The notes beneath the pieces are model-generated. The model did no database searches and had not been told where the DNA came from. It saw only the letters and a list, made by a program, of their open reading frames with translations. A stretch of 64,000 nt of DNA, taken from the sequence record NC_018087.3. One strand, 5' to 3'. Positions 52,191-61,482 of this stretch are shown here, piece after piece (the first letter of the stretch is position 1; each line of letters begins with the position of its first letter). The position numbers and the translations under genes are program-made. This DNA comes from Acinetobacter phage ZZ1.

Positions 52191-53888
52191 TTATGACTCC
52201 ATTACAGTAAATCGACCAACTTTTTTCATTTGCAGGTGTTGGCCATAATCTTGGGGATTGTGGTCTCGATGTGAAATAATAAAAATATTTGCATCCGGCA
52301 TATTATTCAATACCGTTGTAATATTTTTTGAACCTTGTGCATCAAGGCATGAATCAAATACTTCATCCAAGAATAAACATGAAATTTTAATGCCTGAAAT
52401 CTTTTCGGCAATATCTCTCCATGTAAACATTAAAGCTAGGTCAATACGTCCTTTTTCGCCTTGTGAGAATGAAGCATACGAAAAGTCTTCTCGACCTCGT
52501 GAACGTATAGTTTCACTAAACTCTGAATTTAGCGTAAATGAATAATCGGCTTCTAACAATGAAAGATAATAGTTGATTTGTTTATTAAACAAAGGTAGGT
52601 ATTTTTCAATAATAGAACCTTTTACACCGCTATCTTTTAACATTTCAACTATTAAAGATCGACGGTGTTTTTCAACCACTAAATTGGACTTAGTTTCAAC
52701 AAATTGAGTATATTCACCTTTAAGACGATCAATACTATCTTTATTGCTAACAAATTCCTTTTTAGCTTCATCTAAAGCTGCATTAATTTTTTTAATACGA
52801 TCAACATGCTGAATGGCCAATTGTCTATTAGTCGCAATTTTATTTTCATATTGACGAATTTCTTCTTTAGCATTTAAATATGCAACTTTACGATTATGCA
52901 CTTCAGTATGAACTTTTTTAAGACGTTCAAGTTCTGCATGCAATGAATCTTTAGAGTCTTCAATTTTACTAACTAAAGAAGCATCAGAAAGTTGTTGTAA
53001 ACATGTTGGGCAAGCACCACCTTTCTGATAAAGTGATAATACACGGACCGTTTGATTAAACTCACCTTCAATCTGCACTACGGCTCGATGTGAGTTATGA
53101 CTTTCTTCTGACGGGTCTTCGCCAGCATTTACAGAAAGAATTTTATCATTTAAAGACTGATTTTCAGCTTTGATCTTTTCAATTTCTGTCATTGCATCAG
53201 ATTTCATCGTCTCTAGGCGAGTTAAGTTGTCACCAGACAGCTTTTTCTGACGATCATCTGCTTCCTGAAGAGTTTTAATTTGTGTATTGATATGACCAAG
53301 TTGAAGCTCGATTTTTGACAATTCCGCATTGATTACTTTGATAGCATCTTTGTTCATCTTATCCATATCTGCTAGAACTGATACTTCCAATAAGTCTTCA
53401 ACAAGTTTACGGCGTTCTGCAGCTTTTAATCCCATAAATGGTGTATAACCGGCTGTACCTAAAACTACAACTTGTTTATATGAGACATAATTCATGCCGA
53501 TCATTTCTTCAAATTCAGTTTGGAAATCTTTGACCGATGCTGCAGCATCAAGAGGTAAGCCATCTTTTAACACTTCAAATACAGTCGGTTTTTGACCACG
53601 GCGTACAAGATACTCATGGTTATCATATTCCATAATTAATTCTACCAACATATTCTTTTTATTAATAGAATTAATTAATTGACCTTTTTTAACATCTCGG
53701 AAAGGTCTGCCAAATAGAGCAAAGGTAATAGCTTCAAGCATAGTTGACTTGCCGCCACCATTACGACCTGTGATAAGCGTCTTATGGCAAGCATCAAGTT
53801 TAATTTCAATTGGGTCGTTTCCAACCGACATAATATTTTGATACTTGATATTTTTCAACTTAAAAATTTTCATTTCACAATATCCCAA
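52191..53888 (-). CDS. 46: recombination endonuclease subunit (T4 gp46, SbcC/Rad50-like ATPase)
   Basis: 565 aa. Walker A GRNGGGKST, long coiled coils, a CPTC zinc hook-like motif and the C-terminal signature plus D-loop (LFLDEVFD). Confidence 0.85.
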   Translation of the reverse strand: MGYCEMKIFKLKNIKYQNIMSVGNDPIEIKLDACHKTLITGRNGGGKSTMLEAITFALFGRPFRDVKKGQLINSINKKNMLVELIMEYDNHEYLVRRGQKPTVFEVLKDGLPLDAAASVKDFQTEFEEMIGMNYVSYKQVVVLGTAGYTPFMGLKAAERRKLVEDLLEVSVLADMDKMNKDAIKVINAELSKIELQLGHINTQIKTLQEADDRQKKLSGDNLTRLETMKSDAMTEIEKIKAENQSLNDKILSVNAGEDPSEESHNSHRAVVQIEGEFNQTVRVLSLYQKGGACPTCLQQLSDASLVSKIEDSKDSLHAELERLKKVHTEVHNRKVAYLNAKEEIRQYENKIATNRQLAIQHVDRIKKINAALDEAKKEFVSNKDSIDRLKGEYTQFVETKSNLVVEKHRRSLIVEMLKDSGVKGSIIEKYLPLFNKQINYYLSLLEADYSFTLNSEFSETIRSRGREDFSYASFSQGEKGRIDLALMFTWRDIAEKISGIKISCLFLDEVFDSCLDAQGSKNITTVLNNMPDANIFIISHRDHNPQDYGQHLQMKKVGRFTVMES

Positions 53889-54424
53889 TCTACATTGTAA
53901 TAACCGTACTCTTGATAGTGGTACTCTCGCTTTTTCATTATCTCACGAATTTCAAAAAGCGAAATTGGTTTAAACCCAATATTTTCTAAAGATGTATTAA
54001 AGTAATTGCTATCTTTAATATTTTGGTTATGCACATGTCCGTGGATATTAAACTTTCCACGCAATTCGGCCGGATGCATCGGGGCATGAGAAAGCCAAAA
54101 CTCTTTATACTTCTTCAAAGCATATACGCTATCAAAAGTTTCGCAAAGTTCTTTCATAGACAATCTATCTGTATCATGATTGCCACAAATAAGAATTTTT
54201 TGACCAGGCCACTTAGCCACTTGACGGGCACGTTCTAGTGTAAAGACGGCATCTCCGGTAAAGTAACACACATCTCGTTTAGTTACGCGTTTATGATATT
54301 CAGATTCAACATGTTCAAAATGGTCTTGTTCATCCCGAAATTGAGTGCGATATTTTGCGATAGCATTATGACCAGCGTGCAGATCGCCTAAAAATAATAC
54401 ATTAGCCAAAGATTTTACCTCCAA
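53870..54424 (-). CDS. calcineurin-like metallophosphoesterase
   Basis: 184 aa. GDLHAGH, GDAVF, GNHD and GHVHN motifs. Confidence 0.6.
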   Translation of the reverse strand: MEVKSLANVLFLGDLHAGHNAIAKYRTQFRDEQDHFEHVESEYHKRVTKRDVCYFTGDAVFTLERARQVAKWPGQKILICGNHDTDRLSMKELCETFDSVYALKKYKEFWLSHAPMHPAELRGKFNIHGHVHNQNIKDSNYFNTSLENIGFKPISLFEIREIMKKREYHYQEYGYYNVDWDIVK

Positions 54425-54495
54425 TAAAAAAGCCCAAAGCTAAACTAGCTAACGGCAATAAAGCCGTTAGCCAAAAGTCTATAGGTGGAAACTTC

Positions 54496-54753
54496 TTACC
54501 ACTCATGAGGATGAACTTCCACATAATTATTATCTTCCATCGCAGCTTCAATAGAGGCTTCAACTTGGTGTGGTTTAAGGTATGCAATTCGGCCAGTGCT
54601 TGGGCATGTGATTTTTAAATCACCAACTTTCCCATATTTCATACGAACTGTATATTCAATAATAAATCGAGCAGGATATTCATCCGCTAATTTAAACATT
54701 ACATGTTTAGACTTAGGCTTTTCTTTGATCAAGATAATATTTTTTAAATTCAT
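54496..54753 (-). CDS. hypothetical protein
   Basis: 85-aa ORF, with a 4-nt overlap to gene 47. Confidence 0.4.
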   Translation of the reverse strand: MNLKNIILIKEKPKSKHVMFKLADEYPARFIIEYTVRMKYGKVGDLKITCPSTGRIAYLKPHQVEASIEAAMEDNNYVEVHPHEW

Positions 54754-55769
54754 CGCGTTGCTTCCAAATATAAGTTGGTGGTCATAGTTTTAACTTCATT
54801 AACATCTTCTGGTGTTAAATCGGGCAAGGCATCAATATAATCACCAATAATATCAATTAAAGGTTTAACTTCTTCTGTCGTACTAGTATCAATATCTAAA
54901 ACTGCATCGGTATCAATACGTGAAACTAGCTTAACTTCATGTGCAACAGCTTCTAAATCAGTTTCAAGTTTTGCTAAATTATCATCAACTTTAGTAATGA
55001 ATACCCGCACAGATAAATTACGATACATTTCAGGGTTAATTGAACATGGATATGTAATCTTACGATGCCACATTGTATTATTTGCAATAAAAGTATTTTC
55101 ATGTGTTTCGGTATCAAAAATCCAAAACCCTCGCACATCATTTTCATCGCCTGCTGTTAAAGTCCAAGGTGTTCCAATAAATCTAATATTTTTACCTTCA
55201 GATTGTGTATGAAAATGACCAGATTCAACAAGTTTATATTTGGCTAAAAAATCAGGTTCAATACCATGCGATTTAAGACCTTTATAAAATAAGAATCCAT
55301 TAAGTTCATAGTGACCAATATTGTATAAAGACTTTGAATTTGCAATAAACGTCATAATCTCATCTTTATTTTCATCACAAATCCAGGGTACCAGATCTAT
55401 TGCAACACCATCATATTCAACAGTTGTTGCTTTATTATACACTGTAAAGTTTGAAAATTGTGATAATAATTCATCACAGGCATTCGGCGTTAATTTGTTC
55501 TTAAAGGTTGCATCGTGGTTACCAACAATAACATCAACATGAATTCCAGCATTTCGAATTTCTTCACAAATTAAGCGGTTAAATTCCATAGTTTTATGAG
55601 TAATTGCTTTACGTACGTCAAACCAATCGCCAGCCTGGATCCACTTTTTAATATTAAATTTCTTTGAAATTTCAATTGCTTGTCGGATACCTTGCAATTG
55701 TATATTTTGCACCCAAGGGTCATCTTGTTTTACACCAATGTGTAAATCACCCAATTTCAGAATTTTCAT
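54750..55769 (-). CDS. 47: recombination endonuclease subunit (T4 gp47, SbcD/Mre11-like nuclease)
   Basis: 339 aa. Phosphoesterase motifs GDLHIG, GDWFD, GNHD and GHFH. The size is identical to T4 gp47. Confidence 0.85.
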   Translation of the reverse strand: MKILKLGDLHIGVKQDDPWVQNIQLQGIRQAIEISKKFNIKKWIQAGDWFDVRKAITHKTMEFNRLICEEIRNAGIHVDVIVGNHDATFKNKLTPNACDELLSQFSNFTVYNKATTVEYDGVAIDLVPWICDENKDEIMTFIANSKSLYNIGHYELNGFLFYKGLKSHGIEPDFLAKYKLVESGHFHTQSEGKNIRFIGTPWTLTAGDENDVRGFWIFDTETHENTFIANNTMWHRKITYPCSINPEMYRNLSVRVFITKVDDNLAKLETDLEAVAHEVKLVSRIDTDAVLDIDTSTTEEVKPLIDIIGDYIDALPDLTPEDVNEVKTMTTNLYLEATR

Positions 55770-55829
55770 GTCAAGACCTCGATTAAAGATAATACAATTA
55801 TATCACTTAAAATAAAAAGGCAAATAAAA

Positions 55830-55848
55830 AGGACCCTTAATGGGTCCT
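55830..55848 (-). terminator. rho-independent terminator (aggaccc-ttaat-gggtcct)
   Basis: aaaaaggacccttaatgggtcctt, after the stop at 55857. Confidence 0.55.
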
Positions 55849-55856
55849 TAAATTTA

Positions 55857-56231
55857 TCATTGTTGTTTTTGTGCAATTTTTACAATATTAAACAATGTTT
55901 GTCGACTATCATCATACATGACAATTAGTTCAGTTCTGCTTGCTTTTGGACGACGATAAAATTCACGCAACTTATTAATTGCATATCCATAACCTTCAAA
56001 GTTATCGGTTAATAGACATTTTTGTGCATGATTTTTTAATCGTTCAATTTCGCGCTTATTTTTACGTAAACTTTTTTCTGCTTGCTGACCCGCTTCACGT
56101 TCGATACGTCGTTGAATTTCATCGGTATCAAATTTATTTTCTAATAAGTCATCAATAGATAACGTTTCATCTTCATCAGTCTCTCGGCCTTCTGCTTCAA
56201 TTAATTGTTGCTCAATATTGATGGCTTGCAT
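55857..56231 (-). CDS. hypothetical acidic/coiled-coil protein
   Basis: 124-aa ORF. Confidence 0.45.
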   Translation of the reverse strand: MQAINIEQQLIEAEGRETDEDETLSIDDLLENKFDTDEIQRRIEREAGQQAEKSLRKNKREIERLKNHAQKCLLTDNFEGYGYAINKLREFYRRPKASRTELIVMYDDSRQTLFNIVKIAQKQQ

Positions 56232-56370
56232 AATTTATTCCTTAACAGTTAAAGATAATCCTGAATCATGAACATTAAAAGAGTAGTCCCAGTCAGGATT
56301 GAATTCAAAAAGTATATTAATATCATCTTTTGCGCACGAGTCGCAATCTTCATTTAATAAATGAGTTATA

Positions 56371-56916
56371 TCAAGTGTCCGTTCTGCCATAAAGAAATTC
56401 TAGAACATTCACATCCTCATCTGCTTCCGTATCTTTAGGTTTTGCTTTTGCGGATGCTTCGTATTGTGTCATTTTATCGTAAATGTCCTGGATAAAATTT
56501 TCATCTGCAATAGATGTCATTTCAGGATCACGAGAATCATACACGTTATGGATGAAATAACTATATTTTACAGCCGTTTGTTTTCGTTCTTTTTTAATAC
56601 GTTGAACGAAGGCATTAAAACAAACCATTGTAATATATGCATGTGGATTACTAAAACGATTGGTATCAAAATTAATTAAGCCTTTAATTGCAGCTTCGAT
56701 GCCGTCACCAATCATTTCCTCCTTCCACGCAGGAGTATATCCGGAAAACTTAAAATACTTTGATAAACCGTGTGAAATTAATAGTATAGCTCGACCAATT
56801 TCATCACTCTGTTTTACAACTTCACCAGCTTCTTCGCATTTCGCTTTCCACGTACAAATAGCTTCATAAAGTTTCTTGTTGTCGACATAATCATTGCGAC
56901 CTTCTGATTTAGACAT
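56371..56916 (-). CDS. 55: late-transcription sigma factor (T4 gp55)
   Basis: 181 aa. GYTPAWKEEMIGDGIEAAIKGLINFD and NPHAYITMVCFNAFVQRIKKERK are nearly identical to T4 gp55. Confidence 0.9.
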   Translation of the reverse strand: MSKSEGRNDYVDNKKLYEAICTWKAKCEEAGEVVKQSDEIGRAILLISHGLSKYFKFSGYTPAWKEEMIGDGIEAAIKGLINFDTNRFSNPHAYITMVCFNAFVQRIKKERKQTAVKYSYFIHNVYDSRDPEMTSIADENFIQDIYDKMTQYEASAKAKPKDTEADEDVNVLEFLYGRTDT

Positions 56917-56946
56917 AATATCAATCTCCTTAAAGTATATTATACT

Positions 56947-57336
56947 TTACATTTCAAATGAAGCATAAAAATATTTATTGGATATAATCTGTTGCACATA
57001 AAATATCTCGTAATTGTCTATACGCTTTAAGATAATCTTCTTGGTCAAGAGGCCCCCCGATGGATCTCCATCCGGCTTAGATGATACTCTCATACTTTCA
57101 ATATCGATTATATTATTACAAATATCAATGCTAGCTTGAAAAATACATTCACCAGACGGGGCATGTAACCATAAACAACGATTTCCAGGTTTACCAACTA
57201 AAGTAACTGAACCCAATTTGTATTGTTCAGTTACTGTTTTCTTAAAAATCCAAAACCCTTTTGTGGTCAAACGAGTACCGTATAGACCATATGAGCCATT
57301 TGGCTTGTGTGACAATTTATCTGTATAAACTTTCAT
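56947..57336 (-). CDS. hypothetical protein (129 aa; start revised to the ATG at 57336)
   Basis: Upstream lie a terminator hairpin, an extended -10 (TGGTATAAT) and GGAGAA before the ATG at 57336. The track start at 57420 lies inside that terminator. Confidence 0.45.
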   Translation of the reverse strand: MKVYTDKLSHKPNGSYGLYGTRLTTKGFWIFKKTVTEQYKLGSVTLVGKPGNRCLWLHAPSGECIFQASIDICNNIIDIESMRVSSKPDGDPSGGLLTKKIILKRIDNYEIFYVQQIISNKYFYASFEM

Positions 57337-57394
57337 ATCATTCTCCGCATATAATTTCTTATTATACCACGAATAAATTTTATGCAAATAAAAA

Positions 57395-57410
57395 GGGCCA
57401 TATGGCCCTT
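57395..57410 (-). terminator. rho-independent terminator (gggcca-ta-tggccc plus T-run)
   Basis: Directly after the stop at 57410. Followed on the minus strand by TTTTTATTT and then the TGGTATAAT promoter-like box. Confidence 0.55.
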
Positions 57411-57673
57411 TAATAATCAATTAAATCTTTAAATTCAGAAAATGTCACATAATTATTATCAATAAAAATATATGGCAATTTTAATATTCCAACTTCTATA
57501 CGTTGTTTTAATTCGTGAAGAATATCATCGTCTTTGGTAGGAACTCCATCTTTCATTACAATAATTCGATTAAACTTATATTTGTGACCAGATTCTTCGC
57601 ATATTTTTTTAACTTGTTCACATCCTGCACATCTATAATTCGGTTCATCAATTCCATATATTTCAATTTTCAT
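57410..57673 (-). CDS. glutaredoxin/thioredoxin-fold protein (CxxC)
   Basis: 87 aa. Active-site motif CAGCEQ near the N-terminus. Confidence 0.55.
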   Translation of the reverse strand: MKIEIYGIDEPNYRCAGCEQVKKICEESGHKYKFNRIIVMKDGVPTKDDDILHELKQRIEVGILKLPYIFIDNNYVTFSEFKDLIDY

Positions 57674-58155
57674 TTGGCCACACCTTTTAGATAATTACGT
57701 AATGCTTTTTTATATAATGTACATAATTGCGCTTTTGTCGCTTTGGCTGGAATAACTGCATTAATCGATTCAAGTTCGGCTATCATTTCTGGCTTGTTCA
57801 AATACTTAAATGCTTTGGCTTTATCATTAACATAAACTGGGTGTATATTGGCATTTGATAAATCTCTAAATTGATACGATAACCAATTTGTTATCCAGGT
57901 ATTTAAATCAGCACCTTTAGCGACTAAACCGCTTGAATTAAACTTGTGTAATAATTGACCATCCAATCCATTACATAAACAACACAGTAAGCCCCGTACT
58001 TTACCTGCATTTGGCCCCTCTAATGAATGATCATGGTCCAAATGATTAGAGGTAACGTCAGGATTTAATTCATTACCACAAATGCAACAAACGCCATTTT
58101 GTTCTTTATATAAACGATGTTTCTCTTCGATAAACTTTTTACCCACTAACAACAT
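57670..58155 (-). CDS. 49: endonuclease VII (T4 gp49, Holliday junction resolvase)
   Basis: 161 aa. MLLVGKKFIEEKHRLYKEQNGVCCICGNELNPDVTSNHLDHDH...GKVRGLLCCLCN is collinear with T4 gp49. Confidence 0.9.
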   Translation of the reverse strand: MLLVGKKFIEEKHRLYKEQNGVCCICGNELNPDVTSNHLDHDHSLEGPNAGKVRGLLCCLCNGLDGQLLHKFNSSGLVAKGADLNTWITNWLSYQFRDLSNANIHPVYVNDKAKAFKYLNKPEMIAELESINAVIPAKATKAQLCTLYKKALRNYLKGVAK

Positions 58156-58195
58156 ACAAAAATACCCATATCAGTTGATATGGGTATTTATTAAT

Positions 58196-58468
58196 TTATT
58201 GCTGCGGGATTATACGATATGAATCATCGGCATCTAATAGACACCAATAATCTTTTAACGCATCTACTGTTGAAATATCAATAACTTCACCAGTTTCAGT
58301 ATTTTCTAATTTATCAATACCCCATATATCATCAATTAAAATCGCAATACTTTTAATTGTGTAAGGTACACCAGGTTTTAATTCAGGAAAATATTGTGAA
58401 ATTAAAACATTGTGTTCAAAATACTGTTTATTAATGAGAACTATATCACCAATTTTAGGTTTTGCCAT
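58196..58468 (-). CDS. hypothetical protein
   Basis: 90-aa ORF. Confidence 0.45.
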   Translation of the reverse strand: MAKPKIGDIVLINKQYFEHNVLISQYFPELKPGVPYTIKSIAILIDDIWGIDKLENTETGEVIDISTVDALKDYWCLLDADDSYRIIPQQ

Positions 58469-58471
58469 TTA

Positions 58472-58786
58472 TTACTCCTTACGAATAATGAAATTTTCCG
58501 GCGTATGTTCAGTAAAGAAGGCCCAGAAATCAGGATCATCTGCTTCAATGCGGATAACCTCACCACTTTCAACATGTTTAATTGCAGTGCAACCTAGTGT
58601 TTCATCAAGCAGTTCAGTGTGTTCATCTTCAGCTAAACAGTCGCGAATATCTACAACTTCAAAAAGACCTAAACCAATAATAGGATTTTCTTTTTGAAGT
58701 CGACGGATTTCGGATAAACCTAATTCAGTGAATACAAAACGAGTACCGATTTCGAATTTTACATTGTTTAAGTATGAAGTAGTCAT
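58472..58786 (-). CDS. hypothetical protein
   Basis: 104-aa ORF. Confidence 0.45.
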   Translation of the reverse strand: MTTSYLNNVKFEIGTRFVFTELGLSEIRRLQKENPIIGLGLFEVVDIRDCLAEDEHTELLDETLGCTAIKHVESGEVIRIEADDPDFWAFFTEHTPENFIIRKE

Positions 58787-58819
58787 GTCATGATCCTAAT
58801 TTATTCAATTAATTAAAAA

Positions 58820-59098
58820 TTACTTACGAGCGATATGTGCACGGAGTTCATTGAATCCACCAATATGTTCACCATCGGCAAATACAACAGGAAGACTTAA
58901 ACCTGCAGGTCCAGTACGACCTAATTTTGCTAACATACCATGAAATTGCGCATTAAAAACTGGACCATGTTCATTTACTGAATCTGCAATTGAAATAAAT
59001 TCAAATTCTTTTTTCTTTGCTGTGCAAAGACGCTTAGCGCTGTCGCAATTAATACACTTTTGAATTTCAGGTAGATACCCATAAATTTGATACATCAT
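58820..59098 (-). CDS. nrdC: thioredoxin (T4 NrdC-type glutaredoxin-like)
   Basis: 92 aa. QIYGYLPEIQKCINCDSAKRLCTAKKKEFEFISI and LPVVFADGEHIGGFNELRAHI parallel T4 NrdC KVYGYDSNIHKCVYCDNAKRLLTVKKQPFEFINI and MPQVFAPDGSHIGGFDQLREYF. Confidence 0.75.
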   Translation of the reverse strand: MMYQIYGYLPEIQKCINCDSAKRLCTAKKKEFEFISIADSVNEHGPVFNAQFHGMLAKLGRTGPAGLSLPVVFADGEHIGGFNELRAHIARK

Positions 59099-59115
59099 TA
59101 TGTTCCATTGTTAAG

Positions 59116-59149
59116 TTGATGTAAACTATATTATCATAATTTACATCAA
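59116..59149 (-). promoter_or_regulatory. 10-bp inverted repeat (ttgatgtaaa / tttacatcaa) whose loop carries a TATGATAATAT -10-like box
   Basis: Lies between the stop of the 386-aa ORF (59159) and the nrdC start (59098). May act as a combined terminator and promoter. Confidence 0.4.
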
Positions 59150-59158
59150 AGCAAATAA

Positions 59159-60319
59159 TTATTTACTATTAGGACGTCGTAAAATAGACAAAGCTGATTC
59201 AAGTGCTTGAATATCACCCAAAAGAAGTGTTGCCCTTGAATTTGCTTCTTTTGCTTTTTCCACATAGTCTTTATGCGATCGCATTAAAGAATCATGTTTT
59301 GATTTCATATCTTTAATACGTTCTTCAAGTTGGTCATCCAACGACTTGAGCAAGTCAAGAGGTGATCGAGCCTCAATTGTACTAGTAGTGATACGGCCTG
59401 CACTAGGCTGTACTAATGGTTGAACAATATTTGGACTAATTCTATCGTATGGATTTTTAAAAATATCGATACCTGTACCTAATGGTGGAATAGTTACATT
59501 TGATACAATCATATCATTTACCTTGGATGACGATTTAAAAATAACATCTAAATAATTTTCACCTACTGCAGTAGCAGATAAATTTGGGCACATATTTAAA
59601 AATATTAACCAACGGCGTTGATATTCTGTCGATCGATGTTGTACAGTACGATAATCATGTGATCGAAATGCAGAACGATTTGAATCACATGAATAAACAA
59701 AACGCAATCTTACGCCACTAAGTTGTTTTTCAATATAAATTTTCATGTCATATGATGCACGAATACATCGGCCTGACGAACTTTTTGAAATATAATGTGC
59801 GCCTTCTACATCACGAGAATTTGCTCGAGACCAACGTGCTTCCATTGGTACAAGTCGCGGCATATTTTCTAAGAACAAATCATTTAAAATATCACTTGAA
59901 TTTGCATCAGTAGACCACCAATGTGTATGAGCTAAACCATTTAAAATAATAGATTTTTGCTTAGCTAAAGGTGTAACATTTTTAGCAAATGCATTTAAAC
60001 GAGCACGTACTACTTTATCTGCGAACCATCGAGAACGAATAATACGCTTGGCAATAACATTAACATTGTTTAAGTGAATATCGCGTTCTAAATTAATAAC
60101 ACTTCTAATAAGACGTTCAATTTCTGGAGCAATCGGTGCAGAAGGCTCACCAAATCGAGTTATGGCATTAGTCAAATATACAATGTACTGGCTTTTAACA
60201 GTATGTGATAACGGAGTATAACTTTTTGCATCTCGTTTGATAGGTCCATTTAATTGAGTGATAACATCTTTAATAATAGTTGTAAGTTTGTTCTCAAGCT
60301 CTTTACGTATGTGTAGCAT
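59159..60319 (-). CDS. hypothetical Arg/Ser-rich protein with C-terminal coiled coil
   Basis: 386 aa. No recognisable catalytic motif and unusual basic composition. Bounded by structured element B upstream and an inverted-repeat hairpin downstream. Confidence 0.5.
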   Translation of the reverse strand: MLHIRKELENKLTTIIKDVITQLNGPIKRDAKSYTPLSHTVKSQYIVYLTNAITRFGEPSAPIAPEIERLIRSVINLERDIHLNNVNVIAKRIIRSRWFADKVVRARLNAFAKNVTPLAKQKSIILNGLAHTHWWSTDANSSDILNDLFLENMPRLVPMEARWSRANSRDVEGAHYISKSSSGRCIRASYDMKIYIEKQLSGVRLRFVYSCDSNRSAFRSHDYRTVQHRSTEYQRRWLIFLNMCPNLSATAVGENYLDVIFKSSSKVNDMIVSNVTIPPLGTGIDIFKNPYDRISPNIVQPLVQPSAGRITTSTIEARSPLDLLKSLDDQLEERIKDMKSKHDSLMRSHKDYVEKAKEANSRATLLLGDIQALESALSILRRPNSK

Positions 60320-60345
60320 TTTTAAATCCTCAAAACAATTATTTC

Positions 60346-60451
60346 CGTCCTACGGACGAGGGGCGAAGCCCCTATATCTATCCCGGCTTAAAGAGACAAA
60401 CCAATGGGCCAACCTTCGGTTTTATTATACACGCTTTTTAATGGAAAGCGA
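60346..60451 (-). repeat. structured intergenic element, copy B (H1, TATAAT box, H2 and H3 read on the minus strand)
   Basis: Read on the minus strand: H1 cgctttccattaaaaagcg, then gtgtataat, then H2 ggggc-ttc-gcccc, then H3 cgtcc-gta-ggacg. Same architecture as copy A at 17455-17568, with compensatory base changes in H2. Confidence 0.55.
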
Positions 60452-60481
60452 CTTAATATCAACTTTCCATTAATTGTTTGT

Positions 60482-61195
60482 TTACTTTTCAGTCAAATCT
60501 ATAAGAATTGACGCACCTGCAGCTACTGCAACATCAATATTAGCAAAACGTGTGTCATGCCATTCATTTTTTGCCGAGTTCCATACTAATAAAATATTTT
60601 TAATACGACACTGGCGGTATTGATAAACTGTACGTTGATGCCATGACCCTCTGGTTGGCCACTGCAACACATATTCAACTTTATTATGATTGTCTTTAAA
60701 TTTTTGCCAATCCCAATATTCTGGTTTTTTGAATAAAACAGTTTTAGATGATTTTGGTCGACTTTCAATTGATATAATTGTATGAATACCGAATTCACCG
60801 TATGGCACATTATCTGCAATACATTCATAAATCGTATCACGAATTTCTTCTAAGATATCGTCACCGTATTCTTCATACGCTTCATCACTTTCAAGATCGA
60901 TGCCATATAAAGCCAAAGCCGTCCAACGTACTGTTTTATATGCTTCATCGCGATCATCATATTCATCACGACCCCAATTGTGTAATGTATCTACTTTAGG
61001 CATTTGCAATGCAACAATAAGAGCGGCCATAAATTCTTCAAAAGTTTTATCTACAACTCCTGGTACATTAGCAAAAGAATATTCGCTGGCTTTGATAAAA
61101 ACTTCAGTATCTCCAGGAGTATAATCAATAGTTGTATTGATATAATCCGCGTCGTTTGTATCGCCTGTGATTAGATATTCATGTGTATGTTTCAT
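60482..61195 (-). CDS. hypothetical protein (C-terminus paralogous to 61986..62867)
   Basis: 237 aa. The C-terminal motif WHDTRFANIDVAVAAG matches WFDPEFAHIDVALAAA in the other ORF. Confidence 0.45.
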   Translation of the reverse strand: MKHTHEYLITGDTNDADYINTTIDYTPGDTEVFIKASEYSFANVPGVVDKTFEEFMAALIVALQMPKVDTLHNWGRDEYDDRDEAYKTVRWTALALYGIDLESDEAYEEYGDDILEEIRDTIYECIADNVPYGEFGIHTIISIESRPKSSKTVLFKKPEYWDWQKFKDNHNKVEYVLQWPTRGSWHQRTVYQYRQCRIKNILLVWNSAKNEWHDTRFANIDVAVAAGASILIDLTEK

Positions 61196-61482
61196 TTGTA
61201 AAAGTCCTGTGCTAATGATAAAATTGCTTTTCGCATACGACGATTTTTCTTAATCATCTTTTTATGCCATTTCATATAACGCTTGTGTAATGCAAGTAAA
61301 GGTTCTGCATCTTCAGGTGCATCAAAAACCTGGAGTATAGTATGCTTCATATATCGTCTTGGCACTTTAGATGAAGTTTCTACCATCACCATTGCACCTT
61401 CATCCGCAATAACTTTAAATGTATGATCGATAATAACTTCAGTGTCATATTTGACAATTATATATTTGCCAACTAAGCTCAT
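61192..61482 (-). CDS. hypothetical protein
   Basis: 96-aa ORF. Confidence 0.45.
   Translation of the reverse strand: MSLVGKYIIVKYDTEVIIDHTFKVIADEGAMVMVETSSKVPRRYMKHTILQVFDAPEDAEPLLALHKRYMKWHKKMIKKNRRMRKAILSLAQDFYK

Noticed and set aside
56232-56390. Possible 53-aa ORF (MAERTLDITHLLNEDCDSCAKDD...) downstream of gene 55
   Set aside because: Its ATG overlaps the last 20 nt of gene 55 out of frame. It lacks any Shine-Dalgarno sequence and has no coupling signature, so it is weaker than the other micro-ORF candidates.
57040-57075. GC-rich island (gaggccccccgatggatctccatccggc) in the 57 kb region
   Set aside because: It lies inside the coding sequence of 56947..57336, where it encodes ...KPDGDPSGGLL... 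in frame. There is no partner repeat or structure, so it is most simply a Gly/Pro-rich coding segment.
656-60999. All plus-strand ORFs in the track (for example 656..865, 960..1148, 10095..10421, 10498..10923, 15736..16143, 24925..25314, 32068..32406, 37312..37692, 52258..52545, 58410..58697 and 60778..60999)
   Set aside because: Each lies antisense inside a well-supported minus-strand gene (rIIA, topoisomerase, gp46 and others). They have no ribosome-binding sites and are low-complexity translations typical of shadow ORFs in AT-rich DNA. None pairs with a plus-strand promoter or terminator.
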